From NCBI GenBank assembly GCA_041304605.1, contig JBFYNB010000001.1, positions 9,469 through 73,468 on the forward strand: a stretch of DNA of 64,000 bases, written 5' to 3'. The translations under genes and the position numbers were made by a program. The stretch comes from Methanomassiliicoccales archaeon (lineage in GTDB: Archaea > Thermoplasmatota > Thermoplasmata > Methanomassiliicoccales > UBA472). This document shows, piece by piece, positions 53,125-60,284 of this stretch. How positions within the stretch are numbered: the first letter of the stretch is position 1; each line of letters begins with the position of its first letter. The notes below the pieces were generated by a model. That model saw nothing but the letters and a program-made list of their open reading frames with translations. It had not been told where the DNA came from and made no database searches.

Positions 53125-53508
53125 TCAGTTCCTGGGTAAAGCGTCCAGGCAGAGGCGAACCGCGCGTTCCACGTCCTCATTGGAATGGCGGAGATCGTCC
53201 ACCTTCTTCAGCCCCAGGTCGGTGATCAGGACGTGGTGGGTAGGTTTTATCCCCGCCTTCTCCAGGGTCTTGGCTGCGCACTTGACCGGGCACCCGTCCA
53301 CGGCCAGCACCATCTTGGCCTGCTTGGCGCCGGTGACCGGTCCGGGCATGCCTGCGGACACCGCCGCCAGACAGGCCATCTTTCCGGTGCCGCCGGTCGC
53401 CAGTCGGTAGGATGCCGCGTTAGCTATCTGTCCCACGTTGCATCCTCCGGAACAGGAGAAGATCATCAGTTCCTGGCCGCTGCATTGGCAATCCTCGTTC
53501 TCGGGCAT
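53125..53508 (-). CDS. DGC-domain (putative zinc-binding, Cys-rich) protein
   Basis: Track ORF, 127 aa. LAVDGCPVKCAAK (DGC motif) and an N-terminal Cys cluster CQCSG...FSCSGGCNVG. Confidence 0.7.
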   Translation of the reverse strand: MPENEDCQCSGQELMIFSCSGGCNVGQIANAASYRLATGGTGKMACLAAVSAGMPGPVTGAKQAKMVLAVDGCPVKCAAKTLEKAGIKPTHHVLITDLGLKKVDDLRHSNEDVERAVRLCLDALPRN

Positions 53509-53605
53509 CTTGCTCAGTAATGGATTGCAGCTCTGGGAAGATAATCGTTCCGCCTCTGGAACATTATTTTAAATCAGTAGCTCCCTAGGTGGAAAGGGGT
53601 TCAGC

Positions 53606-55003
53606 ATGAAGGAGTACGACCTGATAGTCATCGGTTCCGGCGCAGGGTTGAACGTCGTATCCAAGGCAAGGAGGAAGGGCATGAAGGTCGCCCTGGTGGA
53701 GAACGGCCCCATGGGCGGGACGTGTCTGAACCGGGGATGCATCCCCAGCAAGATACTGGTCACGCCGGCCGAACTAGTGAGGGTCATCGCTGACGCCAAG
53801 CGCATGGGCATTCACGCCAAGGTGGAGAGGACCGACTATGCGCTGGTCCGGGAGAGGATGTGGGCCCTCATCGCCCCGGACCGGGACGGCATACTGGAGA
53901 GCGTGAACAAGGACGAAGGGATCGATCTCTACCAGACCACGGCGTACTTCACCGGGAAGAACACCCTGCAGGCCGGGAACGAGCAGATCACGTCGCCAAG
54001 GATCATCATAGCCGTGGGCACCAGGACCATGGTCCCCGATCTGCCCGGTCTCATCGAGGCGGGCTTCTACACCACCGAGGACTTCTTCGAGATCACCGAG
54101 CTGCCGAAGAGCATGATGATATTAGGTGGCGGTTACAAAGCGTGCGAGCTTGGGATGTTCCTCGCCTCCTTCGGATGCCGGACCAGCATCATCGGAAGGA
54201 ACCCCCGGCTACTGAAGAACGAGGAGCCGGAGATCAGCGACATCGTTCTGCGCAAGTCCAGGGAGTACATGGACGTTCTGGTGAACACCGACGTTACGGC
54301 CGTGCGCGTGGAGAACGGGGAGAAGGTGGCGGTCTGCCGGGACCGTTCCGACGGCAGCGTCCGCGAGGTCCGGGCCGAGGCGATACTGGTGGCCACGGGA
54401 GTGCAGAGCAACGCCGACTGGCTGCGCCCGCAGAGCTCCGGCATCGCCATGACCAAGGACAACTACATCGTGGTCGACAAGTACATGGAGACCAACGTCC
54501 CCGGCATATTCGCCATCGGGGACATCATAGGCCGCACCATGTTCCGCCACACCGCCAATTACCACTCCGAGCTGGTGTGGTACAACATGTTCGGAGGGAA
54601 GCGCGTGGAGCTGGACGAGCACGCCGTGCCGCACGCCGTGTTCGGTTATCCGGAGGTGGGCAGCGTCGGCCTCACCCAGGAGGAATGCAAGAAGCTGGGG
54701 TACAAGCTGCTGGTCGGCTACAGTGAGTACATCGACTGCGCCAAGGGGTACGCCATGGCCGAGGAGGAGGGGCTGGTCAAGGTCATCGTCGATCAGGGAA
54801 CCCGCCGCATACTCGGAGCGCATATCGTCGGTTCGCACGCCGCGATACTGGTCCAGCAGATCGTGTACCTCATGAACGCCGGTGATCAGACCTACATGCC
54901 TCTGGCCCGCAGTCAATGCATACACCCCGCCCTGAGCGAGGCGGTGATGAGGGCCTTCGGGTCGCTAGAGGATCCGGACCACGAGCATCATCACGATCAC
55001 TGA
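53606..55003 (+). CDS. Class I pyridine nucleotide-disulfide oxidoreductase (dihydrolipoamide dehydrogenase / mycothione reductase-like) with a His-rich C-terminal tail
   Basis: Track ORF, 465 aa. YDLIVIGSGAG FAD motif and redox disulfide GGTCLNRGCIPSK. Tail DPDHEHHHDH. Confidence 0.8.
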   Translation: MKEYDLIVIGSGAGLNVVSKARRKGMKVALVENGPMGGTCLNRGCIPSKILVTPAELVRVIADAKRMGIHAKVERTDYALVRERMWALIAPDRDGILESVNKDEGIDLYQTTAYFTGKNTLQAGNEQITSPRIIIAVGTRTMVPDLPGLIEAGFYTTEDFFEITELPKSMMILGGGYKACELGMFLASFGCRTSIIGRNPRLLKNEEPEISDIVLRKSREYMDVLVNTDVTAVRVENGEKVAVCRDRSDGSVREVRAEAILVATGVQSNADWLRPQSSGIAMTKDNYIVVDKYMETNVPGIFAIGDIIGRTMFRHTANYHSELVWYNMFGGKRVELDEHAVPHAVFGYPEVGSVGLTQEECKKLGYKLLVGYSEYIDCAKGYAMAEEEGLVKVIVDQGTRRILGAHIVGSHAAILVQQIVYLMNAGDQTYMPLARSQCIHPALSEAVMRAFGSLEDPDHEHHHDH

Positions 55004-55914
55004 TCGTCCGGCACAGGGAAGCTGTTGTTCCGGTTCAGCCTCTGCATGACCTTCATTCCGGTCACCCCAGTAAGGATGGGTATCGGCGGCATCAGGAAGA
55101 TGGACGATGAGATGAGGGCGAGCAGCTTGTTCTCCCCGCGCATGATGTTGATCTTGTTCAGAAGGGGGTCGTCAGGGTATTCCATCTTCAGAGGTCCGAA
55201 CAGGGACAGGAATATCAGCAGGTCGGTCTTCAGCACCACCTGCACGGTCCATTTGACGCCCATCTGGAGGGTGGAGACCTCGCCTTCCGTGGCCGTCCTT
55301 CTCTCCAGGATGGCCTTCCGGAAGTCCTCTGAGGTCTCCCCTTCGAACATGGTGTAGCAGCAGCCTATCTGCGCCGAGGCGTGAGCGTCGCTTCCCGCCA
55401 GCACCGCCCACTTACCGTTTCCGGCGTATCTCTTGGCGGTCTCGTTGGCGTACCCGTCCACGTGCCCGCCGTTCATAATTTCCAACCCGTCTATGTCCAG
55501 GTCGTCCACCAGCTTGCCGAGCGCGGGCACATGGGCGCTGAAGGGGTGCGGCGCGATGACCAGTCCGCCTTGCGCCCTTATCCGTTCGATGGTCTCCCTG
55601 ACCGGCAGCCCCTTGGGAATGCCTTCCCTGAGGAAGAGGCCGATTATCTCGCCCTCCTTGGCGGTGATCTCCTCTCCCACGACGACCTCGATGTCCGGGA
55701 ACCGTTTGGCGTATTCCCGGGCGCGCAGCGCACCTAGGATGGAATTGTGATCGGTGATGCACAGCACCCGGATTCCTTTCCTGCGTGCTTCGTCAACCAC
55801 GTCCTCCGGACGGCAAATGGATTCCGGAAAGGTTATGGCCTTGTATTGGCCAAAGCCAGAATAACGGGTATGGACGTGCACGTCGGCCTTACTGAGCACG
55901 GAGGAATGAACCAC
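54997..55914 (-). CDS. PHP-domain metal-dependent phosphoesterase with a hydrophobic C-terminus
   Basis: Track ORF, 305 aa, GTG start. ADVHVHTRYSG and ITDHNSILGA PHP motifs. C-terminal LALISSSIFLMPPIPILTGV. Confidence 0.75.
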   Translation of the reverse strand: MVHSSVLSKADVHVHTRYSGFGQYKAITFPESICRPEDVVDEARRKGIRVLCITDHNSILGALRAREYAKRFPDIEVVVGEEITAKEGEIIGLFLREGIPKGLPVRETIERIRAQGGLVIAPHPFSAHVPALGKLVDDLDIDGLEIMNGGHVDGYANETAKRYAGNGKWAVLAGSDAHASAQIGCCYTMFEGETSEDFRKAILERRTATEGEVSTLQMGVKWTVQVVLKTDLLIFLSLFGPLKMEYPDDPLLNKINIMRGENKLLALISSSIFLMPPIPILTGVTGMKVMQRLNRNNSFPVPDDQ

Positions 55915-55972
55915 TCAACACATTTAATTAGTTTCGCACCCAGCAGAAAAAAGGGATAAGTGGGGGAGCGGC

Positions 55973-56092
55973 TCAGCCGCTGACCTTGTTCATGTCCTGG
56001 CCGCAGCACACCAAGGTGCCGTTGCCGGCCTCCACGACCTTGACCTTGTTCCCGCAGATCTCGCACTCGTAAACCTCGTCAACGTTGGTCAT
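55973..56092 (-). CDS. Desulforedoxin (Dx)-type small iron protein, 39 aa (absent from the ORF track)
   Basis: My own translation gives MTNVDEVYECEICGNKVKVVEAGNGTLVCCGQDMNKVSG. It matches the Dx pattern VYKCE.CG..V.V...G.G.LVCCG..M. AGGTG SD 6 nt upstream. Confidence 0.8.
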   Translation of the reverse strand: MTNVDEVYECEICGNKVKVVEAGNGTLVCCGQDMNKVSG

Positions 56093-56121
56093 TTCTTACA
56101 CCTGTTCGGAAGACGCAGCCC

Positions 56122-57294
56122 TCAGTTCTTAATGCTTTTCGCTATGTCCGCGCCGTAGGCGATGCATTTCTCGACGCCCTCCTTCATAGGCGCGAACTTC
56201 ATGTCCAGGTCCGGATAGGGTAGTTCGATGCCCCCGGCCGTCAGGTTCTCCCGGATGGCTTTGGTGGCTCCTCCGCCCCAGCCGTAGCTGCCGAACACCG
56301 CTCCTTTTCGACCCTTGGGCCTCAGCCCCTTCATGTACGTCGTAATGTCAGCGACAGTGGGGAACATCCCGTTGTTCATGGTGCAAGAGCCGACCGCGAT
56401 GACCTTGGAGCGAAGCACCTCCCGCATGACCATCGATCGGTCGGTGTCCGTCAGCCGCATTACCACGACCGGCACGCCCTGGGAGCTTACTCCCTCAGCT
56501 ATGGCCTCGGCCATCTTCTCGGTGGAACCCCACATGGTGTCGTAAATTACGAGCACACGCTCCTCCACCACACCCTCGGCCCATCCCACGTATGCTTCCA
56601 CGATCTCCTTGATGTGCGTTCTCCAGATCAGCCCGTGCGAGGTGGCCAGCATTTTCAGCGGCAGGTCCTTCACCTTCTCGTAGGCCTTCTTCACCTGGTT
56701 CCCGAACGGGAGCACGATGTTGGCGTAGTACGTCGCCGCCTCCTCCATCAGCACGCCGAGGTCCACCTGGTCGTCGAAGCGCTGTGAGCTGCAGTAATGC
56801 TGTCCGAAGGCGTCCATGCTGAACAGTATTTGATCTTCCTTGGCATAGGTGAACATGGATTCCGGCCAGTGGACCATCGGCGTCTCGATGAAGCGCAGGG
56901 TGCGCTTTCCTATCGAAAGCTCCTCGCCGTCCTTGACCTCCCTCATCTTCATCTCACCGTAGTTCGCGCGCAGGGCCTCGACCCCCTTCTTGGAGGCCAA
57001 TATCTCCGCCCCGGTCAGGTGCTGGATCATCGGCAGTCCGCTGGCGTGGTCGCCCTCGGCGTGGTTTGATACTATTAGGTCGATCTCCTTCGGATCGATG
57101 ACGGAGCGAACGCGGGCCATCATCTCCCCCAGGAAGGGGGTCTTGACCCCGTCGATGAGCACGTTCTTCTCGTCGAGGATCAGGTAGGCGTTGTACGAGG
57201 TCCCCCGCAGGGTGGCGAAACCATGAAAGTTGCGACCGTTCCAATCGAGGGCCCCGACCCAATAAATTCCTTCCGCGATCTCTACCGCTTGCAT
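56122..57294 (-). CDS. fprA: Flavodiiron protein (FprA-type O2/NO reductase; F420H2 oxidase in methanogens)
   Basis: Track ORF, 390 aa. Metallo-beta-lactamase-like di-iron site SNHAEGDHASG and a C-terminal flavodoxin domain. Confidence 0.9.
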   Translation of the reverse strand: MQAVEIAEGIYWVGALDWNGRNFHGFATLRGTSYNAYLILDEKNVLIDGVKTPFLGEMMARVRSVIDPKEIDLIVSNHAEGDHASGLPMIQHLTGAEILASKKGVEALRANYGEMKMREVKDGEELSIGKRTLRFIETPMVHWPESMFTYAKEDQILFSMDAFGQHYCSSQRFDDQVDLGVLMEEAATYYANIVLPFGNQVKKAYEKVKDLPLKMLATSHGLIWRTHIKEIVEAYVGWAEGVVEERVLVIYDTMWGSTEKMAEAIAEGVSSQGVPVVVMRLTDTDRSMVMREVLRSKVIAVGSCTMNNGMFPTVADITTYMKGLRPKGRKGAVFGSYGWGGGATKAIRENLTAGGIELPYPDLDMKFAPMKEGVEKCIAYGADIAKSIKN

Positions 57295-57372
57295 AATGGA
57301 ACATCAACGATTGCGCGATGATTTATACATTATCGGCAAAGCTTTTTGTGCCGGTCGAACCGATAACCGGGC

Positions 57373-57612
57373 ATGAGCGAGGCACTGCGCATGATCGTGA
57401 AGGCCCTGCGCAAGACCATGGGTGAAAAGAGGTACACCACCGTGGAGATGGAGCTGCTGCTCATCTCCGTTTACGGTTACCGTTGCCCTGATGAGCTGTC
57501 CCGTTCCTTGAACAAGCTGCGCCAGATGGGGGAGCTGTGCGGAGAGCTTGACCGCGAGGGGGGCTGCATGGTGTGGTGGGCCCCTCCGGAAAAGGGCGAT
57601 CAGCCGGAATAG
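57373..57612 (+). CDS. Hypothetical small protein, 79 aa
   Basis: Track ORF with good GC3 bias. Divergent from fprA. Its 3' end overlaps the ABCE1 3' end by 13 nt. No motif recognised. Confidence 0.55.
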   Translation: MSEALRMIVKALRKTMGEKRYTTVEMELLLISVYGYRCPDELSRSLNKLRQMGELCGELDREGGCMVWWAPPEKGDQPE

Positions 57613-59369
57613 TAGTACTCGCCCCTCTCCTTCTGTTCCCGGTCCAGACGGGAACCGGGCTTGTTTATGCGCGGACGGTTCGTGTCGTTGTCCCTTCTGA
57701 AAGTGACGTCCACGTCGGCGAGGAAGGTGTTCATGCCCTTGCGCATGTCCAACGGGCCCTGGCCCAGGCCTTCCTTGCCCGCGGTCCCGCTGAAGACCAT
57801 GATGGAATCGGAGACCATGTCCAGGAAGTATATGTCGTGGTCGACGACCAGGGCGCTGCGCCCTCTCTTCTCCATGACCCTCCGGACCGTCTTGGCGGCC
57901 TCCATGCGCTGATTGGAATCTAGGTACGCTGAAGGCTCGTCAAGGAGGTAGATGTCAGCCTCGCGGGAGAGACAGGAGGCGATGGCCACTCTCTGCAGCT
58001 CCCCGCCGGAAAGGTTCATGACGTTCTTCTCCAGGAGGTTCTTCAACGACAAAGGCCGGGCGATCTCGCTCTGGAAGAAGCCTGACTCGAAGAAGTCCTT
58101 CACCGTGGCGTCGAACATCTCTCTCACCGTCCCGTCAAAATCGGGGCTGATGTACTGCGGCTTGTAGCTGACCCTGAAGCTGGTGTCTATCTTTCCGACG
58201 GTGGGCTTCTGGACGCCAGCCAGCACCTTTACGAAGGTGGTCTTTCCGATGGCGTTAGGTCCCACGACGCCCACGGTCTCCCCTATCTTGATGGACCCCG
58301 GCTCCACCTTGAGATGGAACGACGGGTACTGGCACTCTATGGTCCCATACTCCAGAAGGTCGAACTGCTCCCAGTTGGAGCGCGGCGGCCGGGACTCGAA
58401 CACGATCTGGGTGTCCCGGAAGCGCATGTTCTCCTCCTTGGCGTAGCCGTCCAGATAAACGTTGATGGCCTGGCGGACCTGCCTTGGTTGCGAGTAGATA
58501 CCGAAGGCGCCCTCGGAACCGAACACCAGATAGACGTTCTCCGCTAGGAAATCCAATATGGCCAGGTCATGCTCGATCACGATGACCTGTTTCTCCCTGG
58601 CCAATTTCTCAATGATGCGGGCGACCCTGAGCCTCTGGTATATGTCCAGGTACGAGGAGGGTTCATCGAAGAAGTAGATGTCGGCGTCCTTCATGATGGT
58701 GGCGGCTATGGCCACTCTCTGCAGCTCGCCGCCGGAGAGCTCGGTCATCTGCCTGCCGATGGCCTCGTCCAGGTCTAGAAGCGAAACCGCTTCGTCCATG
58801 GACATGCGCCCCTCCACCTTCTTCAGCAGGTCGCGAACGCCACCTTTGAAAACGCTGGGCAGCTTGTCCACGTACTGCGGCTTGATGGAGGTCCGGACCT
58901 TCTTGTCGTAAACTCGTTTCAGATGGTCGTGCATCTCAGTTCCGGCGAAGTGGGCGAGCACATCGTCCTTGCTGGGCGGTTTTTCGTAGTTGCCCAGGTT
59001 CGGTATCTCCTCTCCGGAGAGAAGGCGGAACGAAGTGCTCTTTCCGATACCGTTGGGGCCGAGTATCCCGGTGACCAAGCCCTCCTTGGGCACTGGCAGT
59101 CCGTAGAGGCGGAAGGCGTTCAAACCGTACTGGTGCACGATGTCCTGACGTATCTCGTCCGGCAGCTGGATGATCTTCAACGCCTCGAAGGGGCATTTGT
59201 GAACGCAGATCCCGCAGCCGGCGCACAGCTCCTCCGAGATGATCGGGCGGTGGTCCTCTCCGATGACGATGGCCTCCACCCCCGTACGTACTTTGGGACA
59301 GTATCTCAGGCACTCCTGATTGCACTTCTTGAACTGACACCTGTCCCGCAGCAGGACCGCTATGCGCAT
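57600..59369 (-). CDS. abce1: ABCE1 (RNase L inhibitor homologue) ribosome-recycling ATPase
   Basis: Track ORF, 589 aa. N-terminal FeS domain (CPKV..., CAGCGICVHKCP) and two ABC domains (GPNGIGKST, GPNAIGKTT, LSGGELQR x2). Confidence 0.95.
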   Translation of the reverse strand: MRIAVLLRDRCQFKKCNQECLRYCPKVRTGVEAIVIGEDHRPIISEELCAGCGICVHKCPFEALKIIQLPDEIRQDIVHQYGLNAFRLYGLPVPKEGLVTGILGPNGIGKSTSFRLLSGEEIPNLGNYEKPPSKDDVLAHFAGTEMHDHLKRVYDKKVRTSIKPQYVDKLPSVFKGGVRDLLKKVEGRMSMDEAVSLLDLDEAIGRQMTELSGGELQRVAIAATIMKDADIYFFDEPSSYLDIYQRLRVARIIEKLAREKQVIVIEHDLAILDFLAENVYLVFGSEGAFGIYSQPRQVRQAINVYLDGYAKEENMRFRDTQIVFESRPPRSNWEQFDLLEYGTIECQYPSFHLKVEPGSIKIGETVGVVGPNAIGKTTFVKVLAGVQKPTVGKIDTSFRVSYKPQYISPDFDGTVREMFDATVKDFFESGFFQSEIARPLSLKNLLEKNVMNLSGGELQRVAIASCLSREADIYLLDEPSAYLDSNQRMEAAKTVRRVMEKRGRSALVVDHDIYFLDMVSDSIMVFSGTAGKEGLGQGPLDMRKGMNTFLADVDVTFRRDNDTNRPRINKPGSRLDREQKERGEYYYSG

Positions 59370-59438
59370 GACCCCACCTAATGAGAGGGGGCATAAAAAA
59401 TTAATGGACGGACGCCAGCCCCTTTGAGAGGAGGGCGC

Positions 59439-60284
59439 TCATCCGTCCAGGGTGCGGAATAGCTTTCGCACGCCTTCCACGTACGCTCCCTTCGAGCTCA
59501 TGATGCTCGACACGTCCGGCTCGTGTTCCAGGACCGAGGGGTCCAGGGGCAGCTCGTGAACGTGGTCGAACACCGCCTCCGGGATGTATCGCTCGACCTT
59601 CTCCCGGTCCGAGGTACCTTGGAACTTGTTCAGCACCAGGTCCACCCGGCGCATTCCCAGCTCCCGGGAGAGCTTCTCGATCCTCGCCGCCACCTGCAGC
59701 GAGTTGAAGGTCGGCTCCGATACCACCAGCGTTGTTCCGAAACCTTCGGCCACGGTGCGCCCGAACGGTTCCAGCCCGGCCTGGGCGTCCATGACTATGA
59801 GATCATCTTCCCTGGAGTTCAGGAAACGGACCAAGGCTCCCAGCATCGAGTTCTCGGGGCAGAGGCATCCGGTCGACGCCTGCACCACTCCCCCCATCAC
59901 CAGCAGGTGCAGGTTCTCCTTTATCCGAACGCCGAAGCGCTCCGCCACGTCCGACACGTCGGGGTTCAGGCCGATGATACCGCCCCACCCCCCTCCGGGG
60001 CGGGCGCCGACCTTCTCCTCCACGTAATCAAGCTCCTGGGTGATGGGGCGAAGCAGCCCCGCCTTCTCCGGCGGGTATCCCAGCGAGTACGCCAGGTTCT
60101 GCTGGGCGTCCTGATCGACCGCCAGAACCCGGCGTCCGTCCGCCGCCCCCAGCAGACATAGCGCGGCGGAGAGCGTGGTCTTCCCCACGCCCCCCTTCCC
60201 GGCCACCAGGATGCGCTGTCCGCCCTGGTTGCCGGGTCGGCGCCGCAACTGCTTGGCCAGTTCCGACGCCGCTTTCCGGCTCAT
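59439..60284 (-). CDS. cooC: CO dehydrogenase nickel-insertion ATPase
   Basis: Track ORF, 281 aa. P-loop GKGGVGKTT and Ni-binding CxC (TGCLCPE). ATGA overlap with the cooS stop. Confidence 0.85.
   Translation of the reverse strand: MSRKAASELAKQLRRRPGNQGGQRILVAGKGGVGKTTLSAALCLLGAADGRRVLAVDQDAQQNLAYSLGYPPEKAGLLRPITQELDYVEEKVGARPGGGWGGIIGLNPDVSDVAERFGVRIKENLHLLVMGGVVQASTGCLCPENSMLGALVRFLNSREDDLIVMDAQAGLEPFGRTVAEGFGTTLVVSEPTFNSLQVAARIEKLSRELGMRRVDLVLNKFQGTSDREKVERYIPEAVFDHVHELPLDPSVLEHEPDVSSIMSSKGAYVEGVRKLFRTLDG

Noticed and set aside
53116-53132. Canonical NrpR operator (GGAA-N6-TTCC) for amt-glnK
   Set aside because: Only GGAA-N9-TTCC is present. It lies about 190 nt upstream of amt and overlaps the stop codon of the preceding gene. 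The spacing does not fit the known operator, so it is mentioned only as a palindrome.
55833-56066. Track ORF of 77 aa on the minus strand between the PHP gene and fprA
   Set aside because: It is in the wrong frame. The overlapping 40-codon frame encodes a near-perfect desulforedoxin with an SD, which explains the region better.
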